DNA of 64,000 nt, taken from a virus (lineage: Duplodnaviria > Caudoviricetes). Under the pieces are notes generated by a model, which did no database searches, had not been told where the DNA came from, and saw only the letters and a list, made by a program, of their open reading frames with translations. The position numbers and the translations under genes were made by a program. The stretch is taken from IMG/VR virus record IMGVR_UViG_3300027542_000004, positions 1-64,000 of that record; one strand, 5' to 3'. This document shows positions 20,389-31,087 of this stretch, in pieces; the first letter of the stretch is position 1, and every line of letters begins with the position of its first letter.

Positions 20389-21022
20389 ATATGACATCAT
20401 AGTAAAGAAGCATACCGGTGTGGAACTTGTGCAACTTGCCGCCAGTTTTACATCCGGTCACGAAAGTAAGATAACCCTGAAACGTGCCTACAAAACGGAA
20501 CACTCCATCATAAGGACACAAATCTTCACGGTGGAATGTTACAATATCCCTCTTTTTGTAAGCACCCATTTCATCCGTCATCATGTGGGTTCACAGCCTT
20601 ACCAATTAACCTGTCGTATCGACCGCCCCGGCGGTGGTAATCCCCATCTCAAGGAACGTATCGCAGAGGTCAACGAATTGCTCGCAGATGGAAGAATTGA
20701 AGAAGCCTGTGATATTCTGAATTGGCTTGCAGAAAATTCAGACCGCTACACAAAGGTGAATCTTCTGCTTTTTGGAAATGCGCAAGCATTTATTGATATG
20801 GCAAAACTCCGTCTTTGTACCACTGCTTCACCTGAAACAAGAGAAATCTTTCAGGTTATAAAGTCCAAGATTGCAGAAGTTGACCCCGACTTAGCTCCAT
20901 TTCTTGTAAAGAAATGTGTTTATCGTGGAGGTATCTGCTGTGAACTTAAATGTTGCGGATACAACAAATCTGATATGTTTCAGAAAGAACTCGCCCAGTA
21001 TAAATTACTTTTCTCCAATTAG
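20378..21022 (+). CDS. ThyX-like flavin-dependent thymidylate synthase homolog
   Basis: EHS.IR, H..RH, N...F...A.LRLC..A..E.R. Confidence 0.7.
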   Translation: MENKYDIIVKKHTGVELVQLAASFTSGHESKITLKRAYKTEHSIIRTQIFTVECYNIPLFVSTHFIRHHVGSQPYQLTCRIDRPGGGNPHLKERIAEVNELLADGRIEEACDILNWLAENSDRYTKVNLLLFGNAQAFIDMAKLRLCTTASPETREIFQVIKSKIAEVDPDLAPFLVKKCVYRGGICCELKCCGYNKSDMFQKELAQYKLLFSN

Positions 21023-21025
21023 GCT

Positions 21026-21451
21026 ATGGATGACGATGGAATCCAATATATCAAGTTTATGAATGAAGAATGTAGGCTACGTTACCTTATCGATAAGTAT
21101 AAGGAACATGATAAGAAACGTAATCGGTACATCGCACATCTATTGCGAATGAATGACCAGCAAGCCGAAAAGATAAAACGACTTGAGGCTCTTTCGGAAC
21201 GTCAGCATGAAGAAATAGATGAGTTGATGGATGCCTACGATGGTGCGAAGCCTTTAATTGCAGACAAGGCACACCGGGCAAACGTCTATGAACTTATCAA
21301 AAGGGCAAATGAAGCGAAAAAGAATAGACGGGTGGTGGAAAAGCTCACAACCGAAAATACCCGTCTATCCGAAGAAAACAAAGGTCTGAAAGACCGGGTA
21401 AAAGCACTTGAAACAATCATCAAAAATCTACATAATGGAACAAAACAATAA
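21026..21451 (+). CDS. Coiled-coil hypothetical protein
   Basis: Heptad-rich ORF. Confidence 0.6.
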   Translation: MDDDGIQYIKFMNEECRLRYLIDKYKEHDKKRNRYIAHLLRMNDQQAEKIKRLEALSERQHEEIDELMDAYDGAKPLIADKAHRANVYELIKRANEAKKNRRVVEKLTTENTRLSEENKGLKDRVKALETIIKNLHNGTKQ

Positions 21452-21773
21452 TCCCCGTGTCATTGACTTCTCCAATGATTTAGAATCAGTCAATGACGAC
21501 AAATCTCCGGATGTAAAGGCGTTTAAGAATACCGTTAGCAAAATGACCGACATCTTTATCGCTAAGAACCATGATTATGGCAATTCATTTGGGGAAACTG
21601 TGCGCGAGCTTGGTGTTGTTGCCGGCTTCGCTCCTATCATGCACAAGTTCAATCGCCTTAAAAACATCATTAAGGGAAACACTCCCCTTGTAGAGGGCGA
21701 AACCATCGAGGATACTCTGCTTGATATGGCAAACTACTGTATCATGCTTAATATGGAAATAAGCCAAAAGTAA
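21435..21773 (+). CDS. DUF1599 / nucleotide-modification-associated domain protein
   Basis: KNHDYGNSF...K..R...E...DTLLD.ANY. Confidence 0.85.
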   Translation: MEQNNNPRVIDFSNDLESVNDDKSPDVKAFKNTVSKMTDIFIAKNHDYGNSFGETVRELGVVAGFAPIMHKFNRLKNIIKGNTPLVEGETIEDTLLDMANYCIMLNMEISQK

Positions 21774-21778
21774 ATGAT

Positions 21779-21997
21779 ATGACCATTCAATATTTCAAGT
21801 TATATCTTGCTGGCATCATCTTCGGAATAATTCAGATGAGCGCAGATTTATTAAAGGCTGTCTATGAAACAGATTATTTTATGATAGCTTTTATGGGTCT
21901 TATGTTTATCGTGATGATAAGGCTATTGATTTGGGCGATGCGTGAACATAAACGAGAAAGAATGAAATATGGCAATCAATCCCAATCTCATAAATAA
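21779..21997 (+). CDS. Small membrane protein
   Basis: Two hydrophobic stretches. Confidence 0.55.
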   Translation: MTIQYFKLYLAGIIFGIIQMSADLLKAVYETDYFMIAFMGLMFIVMIRLLIWAMREHKRERMKYGNQSQSHK

Positions 21998-22394
21998 CCT
22001 GCTTGATGTTTTCGCAGAAGCGGAAAAAGTCAGAGAAAAGGGTATTATGCCCGGTCTGAATGAGCAATATAAGCAATTTGGAATAAAGTATTTTGTATCT
22101 TACAAGGAGGTGGAACATATCAAAAATATGTTTCACCGGATAGGTAGGTATGATGAATCAGAATCATTGAAACTGCTGAATATTTCACCGGCAGAAAGAT
22201 ATGTCTTTAACCAAAGTCTGAAAGATATGGTAGAGGAAATGGTGATGAAGATGATTCAGGATGGAGTCATTGTTCTTGAGATAAAGGATTCTGATTACGG
22301 CAAACCATCATCGGAACTTACATTGACGGTTCGTGTTGTAAATCCCAGACCAACCATAAGGCGCATTGATATTCAAAGAAAAGATAAGGATTAA
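21969..22394 (+). CDS. Hypothetical protein
   Basis: Last ORF of early arm. Confidence 0.6.
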   Translation: MAINPNLINNLLDVFAEAEKVREKGIMPGLNEQYKQFGIKYFVSYKEVEHIKNMFHRIGRYDESESLKLLNISPAERYVFNQSLKDMVEEMVMKMIQDGVIVLEIKDSDYGKPSSELTLTVRVVNPRPTIRRIDIQRKDKD

Positions 22395-22430
22395 ATAAAG
22401 GGCGATTGGATAATACCGACCGCCCTTTAT
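22395..22430. terminator. Bidirectional terminator between convergent arms
   Basis: ATAAAGGGCG...CGCCCTTTAT. Confidence 0.7.
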
Positions 22431-22448
22431 AGTTATGGAAAAGTATGT

Positions 22449-22877
22449 TTATGTACGATTAGCAGGATTTGGCTCTACGAATTTAAGCATCATGTGGCAG
22501 AATGTACGTTGTGCATTCATTCCATAATCAGTGCCTTTACCACGATATATCAGATGATACACATCCGGGCTTTCTTGAGGTACTTGCAACGTGATTTCAC
22601 CCTTATACATAAGAGCAAGAAAACTATTTTTCTTTTGCAGAAAGTCTTCTTTGGAACTACCGGTAATGGTAAAATCCAGAAGCAACTCACGGGATGCAAT
22701 CTTTGGATTAGCATCTACAATGATGCGTTTTCCGTGTTCAAGGCGCGACTCGTTTTCGATATTTTCCTTTAATGTCAATGGCTCGGTCAGCGCATCAAGA
22801 AAACCATCCCCCATACGCACCCCAAAGGTATCATATACAGAATATTTGTTGATTTTAAGTTCCGGTATTTTATTCAT
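22449..22877 (-). CDS. Putative distal tail protein
   Basis: Directly follows tape measure; ENESRLEHG and EPNP.NR motifs. Confidence 0.65.
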   Translation of the reverse strand: MNKIPELKINKYSVYDTFGVRMGDGFLDALTEPLTLKENIENESRLEHGKRIIVDANPKIASRELLLDFTITGSSKEDFLQKKNSFLALMYKGEITLQVPQESPDVYHLIYRGKGTDYGMNAQRTFCHMMLKFVEPNPANRT

Positions 22878-22879
22878 GC

Positions 22880-25800
22880 TTAGAGATTTTTAGTATTTTT
22901 CTTGATTTCAGCAATGTCAGCTTGCATCGTCTGAATAGGCTTGACAATCGCCCCAGTGTTTTCACTGATAGTCTGCAATTCGATGTAGATTTTTGCAAGC
23001 TGACGCTCGATGTTATCCTGATGAACGTTGAAACGGCTATATTCCATTGCAATCTGGATAAGTTCATCGGTCATGTCCGCAAGAGTCATTGCAGAAATGT
23101 TGTCGGTAGCCTTGATTGATTCCACAGCTTCCTGCATTGCCGTCATCCTGCCAATGATGGCAAGACCCGTATCTTCCGTAATGGTAGTAACACCGGCTTT
23201 TGATGCCTCCTGCGAATACGCACTCCCGGCATCCCATCCCATAGCCTTTTTAAGACTATCGCGGTCAGTTATGGCACTATTTACGATGCTGTCCCACTCC
23301 TTTTTCAGTTTGGCTTGCTCTTCTTCGGTCAGACCATTGTCATCATTCATAGCATCTGCAAACCCCTCATACCACTTTTTCAAGAGGTCATTATATTTGG
23401 AGTTCATAAGGCTATTGATAACGGCCTGCTGCATCATCTTTTCCCAGTTGCTTGCGAAATCTTTAGAATCGGATTCCATATCAAGCAACAGGGATTTGAA
23501 GTCATCCTTGACGCTATCAAAAGAAACATCGGTCAACGACTCCCTGAAAGCGGTCTCAAGCTCTTCCAGTTCCTTGTAGTATTCGATGTATTCATCCATG
23601 AACTGAGCCGCATCTTTGTAGCCATCATCGGCAAGACCCTTGATTTTGGCGTAAAGGTCAGGTGCGCTCTGTGCAATCTTAGCCATCTGTTCTGACGTGA
23701 GTTTCCAGAAGTCACCGGCACTCTGCACGGATTTACCAACAATGGAGGATATGCGCGACCAGTCAGAACCGCTCATTCCTTTGTTGATTTTGTTATTAGA
23801 CGACTTATGACCACCAACGCCTAAGAAGCCATTTGAATATGCTGCACCAGAACGCTGCATCATTTCTTGGGTATTCTTCATTGACTGCTCAATATCGGCT
23901 TTCTGCTGACGATACAAGTCACCCATATCGGCAGTAGCAGCTTCCCTCATTTCCGTAGCAAGGTTATCCACAGCCTTACGAAGAGCCTCATTGGTTGCTG
24001 TCAGGCGTTCAATATCTTTTTCAAGATTCTTATCACTTTCACCGTTACCCCACCAATCAAACAGACCACCCATTGTGAAGACTGACTTGAATATTCCGAG
24101 AATACCTTTGTATAGGCTTTCTCCAATCTGTTTGAAGATTTCACCAGATAGGATATTGTCGATAATACCGCTTATGGCATTGAATACAGAATCAAGAATG
24201 GAAGATATAAGCGTACCCACACCATCCTTGAGGATGTCAAGGATTTTAAGAACTGCGGCAATAATCTGACCGATAAGACCGGCTTTACTAAGACCCTCGG
24301 TAAGTTCTGCCGGCATTTCCTTTGCTATCGCGGCACCTGCTTCTGCCATGCCGTCGTTCAGTTCCTTTGTGTCTTTCCCAATATCCTTGAGTGCTTTCAG
24401 TCCATCGATGCCTCCTTTAAGTTGGTCAAATGCGCCCCATAGTTCAGCCAACTGTGAAAGACCTGCGCCACTGAGGAACGTATAGATTTCACTGACAGGT
24501 TGCATCACATTCTTAGCGGTCATTGATAATAGTGTGCCACTGCTTTGAACCTGATTCTGTGCCTCCTGCATAGCCTGATTGTTTGCAACGACAGTGGCGG
24601 CATAATTATCCATCGCTGCTTGAGCGGCTTCAACGGCATCGGTATATTCTTTCAACTGAGCCGGAGTTGTATCTGCATTATTTCTTGCCTTTTCAAGATT
24701 GATGTCAGCCGTATTCTTAGCCTCGGTCAACTTTGCAAGTTCCTCGTTTACCCTTGTATCGTTTTCAGTCGCAACCCTTAATTCATTAAGGGCGTTCTGA
24801 TAGTCTGCAAGGGCAGAAGAAAGGTCTTTCCATGATTCAGTTGTGCCGAGTTGGGTACGAAGATTCTTCATCGCATTGATAACCGTCTGCTGATTGTCAG
24901 CTCCGGACTTTCTGAAAGCATCTGACTTGACATATTCCTGCAACTGCTTATAGAGTGGCTCAAGCTGACCACGCATAATGACACCGACATTATCAAAGAC
25001 TGAATACCAATCAATCTTACTGGTCATAGCCTTTGATTCAAGATTTCTTATTTCCGTGTCGCGTTGGGCCGTAAGAGTCAATTCTTCACCCTTATTCTGG
25101 GCATTGCGAATCTTTTCAGCATATTCTTCTGCAATGGCAAGCTTCTTCTGCTGAAATGTTCCATACTCCCTAAGATAATCACGCATCGCAGTGACATCGG
25201 TCTGATAGATTTTCTGCAATTCAGATGCCTCATTGTTGGCGATAAGAGAAAGCTGGGTATCATAGCCGACATTCTCCCTTGCCTGTTCCTGATATTGCTT
25301 GCGCATTTCAGCAAGCTGGGTATCGGAGAATTGAGCATAATACTGATATTCCTTGCGGTCTTTACCGCCTTTCATCCATTCTTGAAGGGCATTTTTCTCA
25401 AGAGTGGACGCTTCCTTTTTCAATTCAGCCTCAAGAGCCTGACGTTTCTTTTCAGACGTGAATTTAATGGTGGCTATTTCCTTTTCGGAATTATCCTCCA
25501 TCTGTGCAATTTCAAGTTCACGCTGACGATTCTTTTCAGCCTGTAAAAGTTCCGTAGTGCGCTTCTCTTCCTCAAGCTGTGCCTTGCGAAGTTCATAGGC
25601 TCTCTGCTTGGGGTCATCCTTTCCGTTTTTCTTATCCTTTTTAGTCTTATCCCTTTTATCAAGGGCTTTCAACTGCTTTTCATAATACTTATAAAGTTCA
25701 CTGCTTTGGTCAACCTTTTGCATCTGAGCGTTGATGGACTTGCGGATTTCAGAAAATTCCTCGGTTGTTTTGGCGTTCTGAATCTGGCTTTCAAGGGCGG

Positions 25801-28800
25801 TCTTGATAGACTGCATAGCCTGACTCTGATTGCCTTTATTTCGGTTGTATTCGCCCACCATTAAGTCGTTTTTTAACTGACGATACAATCGCTTATCAAC
25901 ATCAGACATTGCACCCTCGCCCAACTGCGTACCATAACGGTCAATAAACTGCTGCAATAGTGCCGACTGCTCGGAATTAAGATGGTAGTTCTTGCCGCCC
26001 ATCTTGAAATTGCTTCGTAGACGGGCGTTCCGTACAATCGCGTTATAGGCATCCAAATCGGCTTTTGCCATCTTTGTGCCGGGAGTGATTTTGCCGTTCT
26101 TTCCATACTTGGCAAGAAGATTCTGCAAGGTCTGACGTTCTGCGCCGGTCGTATTCAAGACCTGACCGCCCACATCACGGAGCGTAATCTTGATTTTGTC
26201 AAGTGTATTTAGTGCAATATCAAGATATTTGGTGTCAATGTAAGGCGTGGCTACGGCGTTGTCAACGTCTTTCATCTTGTCTTCCGCTTGCGCTGCCTTA
26301 ACCGACGTTTCATCCAGCGCAGTGTTGTCGGTTGTCGGCGTAGCTGACGATTCATCGACATCGCCAATCTTGCCTTCCGTTTGTTCGGCGGCTTCAAAAA
26401 GTTCATGTATGTTGATAGGGTCTGCCAAAGGTTTGACCGGTTTTGCATTGATTTCATCAACCTCTTTCGATACCTTTGTCAGCTCCTCGGTCAATTTCTT
26501 GGAATCAAAGGTGGAATAATCAATTTCCGGCTGTGCCGCAGCCGCACGTTCAGCGGCATCCGCAGCGGCATTTGCTTGGGCTTGCGTCTTCTCGGTCAGT
26601 TTATCAAGCGTATTGGTTTTGTTAATAAGCTCGGAAACAAGTTTGGATGTATCCTTGATGTCAAGAACATACTGCTCGGCAAATCCCATCTGTTTCGCCA
26701 GTGCCTTTGCATCCATGTTTGCGGTTTGGGCAATTTCCGTCTGCAAGCGGGCAATTTCTTGACGTGCCTTTACAGCGGCTGCGTTTTCAATCTTTTGACC
26801 ATTCTCGGTATAGGTTACATTAGCGGCATATTCCTTTTCAGCATCCTCAAGGAGTTTGACCATTTCAGTAAGTTCAGCCTTTTTGTTTTCCACCGTACTT
26901 GCTATGGTGTCGGCCATAATCTTGGATACTTCGGCAGCTTCCCCGGATGAATCGTTTTCAATGATTTCTTTCATTTCATCCTTGAAAGATGTAGTGGCGG
27001 CATCCTTTTCTTCCTGAATAGTTGCAAGACGATTGGCGGTCTGTCGTGCTTCGCCCTCTGCCAGAATCAGTTGGTTAAGCTGCGCACGGGCTTCATTTAA
27101 CTGCTCAATCTTATCCCTTTCCTTGTCGATGTGGATACCGTATTCTTCCGCCATCTTGATAAGCTCCTCTACGGCATCCTTGTGTACCCGGCTATCCTTG
27201 TTCACGGAGTTCATTACGGCGTATAGCGTATCGATGTTGTTTTTCAGCTTCAACGTGGATTCGCCAAATCTTTCAGACATAGCGGATGATTCCTCAGCTT
27301 CGTCCTTAAACGACATAAATAGACCGATGACGGTTGTCAGGGCGGTAATTATCATGCCGAAGGGATTGGTCATAAAAGCGACCTTGAGGCTATTCCATGC
27401 GTTCTTGCAGGCGTTGGTGGCCGCAGTCAGCGCATACTTTCCGATGGTCAATGCTTTATCCTTTGCCGTGGCAAGTGCGGTCACGATTGTGCCGCGACTG
27501 GTTGCGGCGGTATTTACGTTTGTGGCCGCAGTATTGGCGGTGGTTGCGGTTGTTTCTCCAATGACGGCGGCTGTGGCGGTCTGTTTCTGCACGGCTTGCT
27601 GTGCGGTAATCGCGCCATTCAGTTCCTTTTCTGCTGTGTTTATACCCTCGGCTGCTGACTGCTGGGCGGTTATAGCGGAAGCCAGCTCCTCTACTGTCGC
27701 CATGTATTCTTCGGCGGCGGCTTTCTTATCGTCGGCATCGCCGGCGGCTTCTGCCATCTCCATCAGTTCTTTTGCAGACTCAACGCGCCTTTCCGCAGCT
27801 TCTACAAGTTGGTCGCTTGCGGCTTTCTGCATGTTCGCGCTTTCAAGTGCCGCCTGCTTTGTATCAACGAGTGCCTGTGCATAGTCGCGCTCATTCTGCA
27901 AGCGTTCAGCGGTATCATTCGTGATTATTCCGTTGGCATTGGAGTCGTTGATGTCGGCATCAAGGCCACGCCCGGCTTCTTCGCGCTGGGTCTGCATGTC
28001 CTTGAGATGCGTTTCGTAGGTCTTCTGCGCTTCTTCTGCGATACGACGCTCATTCTCGGCGATGCGCTGCTGTTCCTGCTGCCATAAACGCCCCTGCTGG
28101 ATTGAGTCGGCATACGTCTGGTCGATAGACCCTTCCTCAAGAGCCTTGCGTATGTCATCGTCGTAACCCTCCATCATCTTGGCGTTCTGCATTTCCTGTA
28201 TCTTGGCAAGTTCGGCATTGAAGCCATCCACGATGCCCTTTGAAGCGTCGATAACGGATTGCTTGGCTGCGAAATTGGAAAGCATCACGGAGGTCTTGTA
28301 AACACCGAAAGCCGCCGCAGCGGTGGCGAGTACCGGAATGATTCTGCCGATATTGTCAACAATAGTGGAAGCCGCGTCAATAACGCCCACAAGCGCACCC
28401 TCCATATTCTGACCCATGTCATTAAACATCAAGTCCATCGAGTCATTCAGCTTGGCGATTGCACCCGGTATGGTCTTCGATGCCGTTTCCGACATCTTGT
28501 AGTATTTGCCTCCCTCGCTTGTTGCGTCAAGAAAAGCCTGCTGAACCATCTCGGCTGAAATCTTGCCCTGCGACATTTCTTCCTTGAGCGCACCGATAGA
28601 TTTGCCGGTCTTTTCGGATATGACCTGCAATGGCTGGAAGCCTGCGTTTACCATCTGCATCAAGTCCTGACCCATCAGCTTGCCCGCTGCCGACATCTGC
28701 GAAAACGCAAGCGAAAGCGACTGAAAGCGGCGGGTATCGCCCATAGCAATATCGCCGATAGCCTGCAAGTATCGCGGAACTTTGTCAGCGTCGATGCCGA

Positions 28801-29302
28801 AGCCGAGCATCATCTGTGCAGTGGAAACAGTAGGTGCAAATTCAAGCGGCGATATTTTGGCAAACTCCTGTAATTCGGCGTTCAGCTTCTCGCCCTTACG
28901 CTTGCCAATCATCGTTTCGATAGATGCGTTCATCTGCTGGAACTGACCGCGTATGCTTGTGATTTTGGTAAGGAACTCACCCAGACCATACACGCCGGCA
29001 AGACCGCCCACGGCCATCATCGGTCGCGTCAGTAAGTCCTGTATGCGGTTGACCTCGGTAAATATTCCACTGAGGTTTTTCTTGATGCCAAATTCCATTT
29101 CCGCACCACTGCGCATTGCGGCCTGTGCAAGCTGACGATAACGCGCCGTGCTTTCGGCGAGTTTCTTGTTCAGTGCATCAATCGACGCGCCGGCCTGCCC
29201 CGGCCTAAAATTCTGAATTTGGGTCTTGGTCTTTGCGATTTCCTGTTGTAAACGTATCAGTTCGGAGTAATCCGCATCTACGTCAAATGCTAAATATGGC
29301 AT
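22880..29302 (-). CDS. Tail tape measure protein
   Basis: 2140 aa helical, Ala-rich ORF; tape-measure domain (FSQMSAAGKLMGQDL.Q...AG); hydrophobic segments. Confidence 0.92.
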   Translation of the reverse strand: MPYLAFDVDADYSELIRLQQEIAKTKTQIQNFRPGQAGASIDALNKKLAESTARYRQLAQAAMRSGAEMEFGIKKNLSGIFTEVNRIQDLLTRPMMAVGGLAGVYGLGEFLTKITSIRGQFQQMNASIETMIGKRKGEKLNAELQEFAKISPLEFAPTVSTAQMMLGFGIDADKVPRYLQAIGDIAMGDTRRFQSLSLAFSQMSAAGKLMGQDLMQMVNAGFQPLQVISEKTGKSIGALKEEMSQGKISAEMVQQAFLDATSEGGKYYKMSETASKTIPGAIAKLNDSMDLMFNDMGQNMEGALVGVIDAASTIVDNIGRIIPVLATAAAAFGVYKTSVMLSNFAAKQSVIDASKGIVDGFNAELAKIQEMQNAKMMEGYDDDIRKALEEGSIDQTYADSIQQGRLWQQEQQRIAENERRIAEEAQKTYETHLKDMQTQREEAGRGLDADINDSNANGIITNDTAERLQNERDYAQALVDTKQAALESANMQKAASDQLVEAAERRVESAKELMEMAEAAGDADDKKAAAEEYMATVEELASAITAQQSAAEGINTAEKELNGAITAQQAVQKQTATAAVIGETTATTANTAATNVNTAATSRGTIVTALATAKDKALTIGKYALTAATNACKNAWNSLKVAFMTNPFGMIITALTTVIGLFMSFKDEAEESSAMSERFGESTLKLKNNIDTLYAVMNSVNKDSRVHKDAVEELIKMAEEYGIHIDKERDKIEQLNEARAQLNQLILAEGEARQTANRLATIQEEKDAATTSFKDEMKEIIENDSSGEAAEVSKIMADTIASTVENKKAELTEMVKLLEDAEKEYAANVTYTENGQKIENAAAVKARQEIARLQTEIAQTANMDAKALAKQMGFAEQYVLDIKDTSKLVSELINKTNTLDKLTEKTQAQANAAADAAERAAAAQPEIDYSTFDSKKLTEELTKVSKEVDEINAKPVKPLADPINIHELFEAAEQTEGKIGDVDESSATPTTDNTALDETSVKAAQAEDKMKDVDNAVATPYIDTKYLDIALNTLDKIKITLRDVGGQVLNTTGAERQTLQNLLAKYGKNGKITPGTKMAKADLDAYNAIVRNARLRSNFKMGGKNYHLNSEQSALLQQFIDRYGTQLGEGAMSDVDKRLYRQLKNDLMVGEYNRNKGNQSQAMQSIKTALESQIQNAKTTEEFSEIRKSINAQMQKVDQSSELYKYYEKQLKALDKRDKTKKDKKNGKDDPKQRAYELRKAQLEEEKRTTELLQAEKNRQRELEIAQMEDNSEKEIATIKFTSEKKRQALEAELKKEASTLEKNALQEWMKGGKDRKEYQYYAQFSDTQLAEMRKQYQEQARENVGYDTQLSLIANNEASELQKIYQTDVTAMRDYLREYGTFQQKKLAIAEEYAEKIRNAQNKGEELTLTAQRDTEIRNLESKAMTSKIDWYSVFDNVGVIMRGQLEPLYKQLQEYVKSDAFRKSGADNQQTVINAMKNLRTQLGTTESWKDLSSALADYQNALNELRVATENDTRVNEELAKLTEAKNTADINLEKARNNADTTPAQLKEYTDAVEAAQAAMDNYAATVVANNQAMQEAQNQVQSSGTLLSMTAKNVMQPVSEIYTFLSGAGLSQLAELWGAFDQLKGGIDGLKALKDIGKDTKELNDGMAEAGAAIAKEMPAELTEGLSKAGLIGQIIAAVLKILDILKDGVGTLISSILDSVFNAISGIIDNILSGEIFKQIGESLYKGILGIFKSVFTMGGLFDWWGNGESDKNLEKDIERLTATNEALRKAVDNLATEMREAATADMGDLYRQQKADIEQSMKNTQEMMQRSGAAYSNGFLGVGGHKSSNNKINKGMSGSDWSRISSIVGKSVQSAGDFWKLTSEQMAKIAQSAPDLYAKIKGLADDGYKDAAQFMDEYIEYYKELEELETAFRESLTDVSFDSVKDDFKSLLLDMESDSKDFASNWEKMMQQAVINSLMNSKYNDLLKKWYEGFADAMNDDNGLTEEEQAKLKKEWDSIVNSAITDRDSLKKAMGWDAGSAYSQEASKAGVTTITEDTGLAIIGRMTAMQEAVESIKATDNISAMTLADMTDELIQIAMEYSRFNVHQDNIERQLAKIYIELQTISENTGAIVKPIQTMQADIAEIKKNTKNL

Positions 29303-29470
29303 GGCTGTTGAGTTGTTATTTTCAACCAGCCAATTTACCGCTCAAGTGCGCGTTACACATTATTTTCCGCGCACGTATAGCAAACTATCAGAAAAAAGTC
29401 GTAACTTTGTATTGTAAAAGAGAAAAATTGTGCAGAAAGGGTGTAAATAACCTTTAACCCTACTGCCAAA

Positions 29471-29923
29471 ATGAACGAAAGTGCAAAAATCAACATTGGA
29501 AAGGTAGCAGCGTTGAAGAAGCTGCGAGAAAAAGTGAGCGAGCTTTCCGATGTAATGAAAGAATTGGGCGAGCCGATTCTTGATGACCTTGCTCTACTAC
29601 CAGCAATCTACGAAGCATACAAACGTGTGTTCCAACGTCGCGGATGCCCGGATGAAGCCACAAGCGTCCGCAACCGCAAGAAATTTCTCATGGTCGTGTT
29701 GTATCTCTATTCGCCGAAAGCACTCGCCGGCGACAGGATGCGCATGGGATTACGAAAAAAAGTGTCGGAATTGTTCGGCTTGACTACAAGCACCCCAATA
29801 TCCGACAACTGCGCGGGTCTTATCGTGCAATATCACGCTTATGCGGATTTCAGACGCGACGTTGACCTTATTTTCCAAGAGGTTCTGAATACTCTTGAAG
29901 ATAAACTCATTGTTACTGACTAA
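29471..29923 (+). CDS. Hypothetical protein, possible regulator
   Basis: ORF after TAACTTTG promoter at ~29402. Confidence 0.65.
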   Translation: MNESAKINIGKVAALKKLREKVSELSDVMKELGEPILDDLALLPAIYEAYKRVFQRRGCPDEATSVRNRKKFLMVVLYLYSPKALAGDRMRMGLRKKVSELFGLTTSTPISDNCAGLIVQYHAYADFRRDVDLIFQEVLNTLEDKLIVTD

Positions 29924-30213
29924 ATAGCGGAATACGCCGGCATCTTGATAGCATCTGCCGGATAGCCTACCATCGCTAACGCCTCGGAAAGATAAGCATC
30001 CATATTGGCGATAGCGGTGCGCCCCGACATACCCAGTCGCCAGAAGTACGACTGATATTCTTCCATGCTTTGATTAAGGTCAAGATGATACTTGTCAAAA
30101 AGTCCCTTAATGACGGCGCAATCCTCGTATCGTTCAGTGGATAAGGCGTATTGGAAAATGACGGTCAAAATCTGACTGCCGTAATCCATCAGTGCCTTTT
30201 CAAACTTATTCTC
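29920..30213 (-). CDS. Hypothetical protein
   Basis: MENKFEKAL... overlapping the upstream HTH gene. Confidence 0.6.
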   Translation of the reverse strand, partial: ENKFEKALMDYGSQILTVIFQYALSTERYEDCAVIKGLFDKYHLDLNQSMEEYQSYFWRLGMSGRTAIANMDAYLSEALAMVGYPADAIKMPAYSAI

Positions 30214-30505
30214 CATCGACGGGAACAACTTTAAGCTGCGCTCCGCATTTGGGGCAAAGGAACTCGTCCGCAGGTCTTTCTTTATTCGGCGCGGTGGCAC
30301 GGATAGCGTCAAGCTCTTCATCTGACAAGAGCAGACTCCATGCCGGAACACCGAGGGCTTCGGCAATCTTCACAAAGGTTTCAACTTTGGGCATCGTGCC
30401 ACGGATAAGCTGATTAAGACCTACGGTGGTCATGCCCAGTCTTTCCGCAAGGTCTTTCTGCGTCACACCGGCTTCAATGATGCGCTCTCTGATTCTGTTC
30501 TCCAT
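30206..30505 (-). CDS. XRE-family HTH regulator with C-terminal zinc ribbon
   Basis: VTQKDLAERLGMT...P.VET..KIA.ALGV; CPKCG. Confidence 0.88.
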   Translation of the reverse strand: MENRIRERIIEAGVTQKDLAERLGMTTVGLNQLIRGTMPKVETFVKIAEALGVPAWSLLLSDEELDAIRATAPNKERPADEFLCPKCGAQLKVVPVDGE

Positions 30506-30614
30506 TTCCTATTTTTCGGGTTAAAGTAAACTGTTTGCAAAGTTAACAAAAGAGGAATACAATTAAAGTATTCAATATATTAAATAGTGTTAAGACAAAG
30601 CAAAAACTTATATT

Positions 30615-30685
30615 GTTATTTGGTGGATTAAATTATTTACTTTAACTTTGCATCGTAATCAATAACACCAATAAAAGTAAAAGGC
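30615..30685 (+). promoter_or_regulatory. Repeated promoter cassette, copy 1
   Basis: TTTG..TAACTTTGCATCGTAATCAATAAC; related copies at ~39855, ~42025, ~43242. Confidence 0.75.
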
Positions 30686-31021
30686 ATGAAACTGATAACA
30701 AAAGCACTTGAAAAGACCTTTGCAAAATATCCCATGTATTCGCAGGATGGCAAAGGCAACGATGCGGTAGTAATCGCAAAATTCTTTCTGCCGGGTAGCG
30801 GCTTCACATGGTACGTCACAGAAGCAGAAAAGCAGGCCAACGGCGACTACATGTTCTTTGGCTATGTAGAGGGCTTGGATAGCGAGCTTGGCTACTTCAC
30901 ACTATCGCAGCTTCAAAACGTGCGCGGTCGCTTTGGCTTGCGCGTTGAACGCGACATGTATTTCAACAACGGCAAGACCACACTTGCTCAAGTGAAACGC
31001 GAAAACGAAATGGCATACTAA
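30686..31021 (+). CDS. DUF2958-family protein
   Basis: KFF.P....TWY..E...FFG.V.G...ELGYF.L..L...VERD.YF. Confidence 0.85.
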   Translation: MKLITKALEKTFAKYPMYSQDGKGNDAVVIAKFFLPGSGFTWYVTEAEKQANGDYMFFGYVEGLDSELGYFTLSQLQNVRGRFGLRVERDMYFNNGKTTLAQVKRENEMAY

Positions 31022-31087
31022 ACAACATCGACGGGCGAGCCGGTCATTAGATGGCATGGCTTGCCCGCCCTAACACCCACAAAAGCA

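Noticed and set aside
22922-29135. Many plus-strand ORFs opposite the tape measure gene
   Set aside because: Antisense shadows of a long coding frame with no recognisable motifs.
29320-29380. Shared ATAATGTG upstream of tape measure and scaffold genes as a late-promoter motif
   Set aside because: Only two short matches with a weak -7 element; not enough to support a call.
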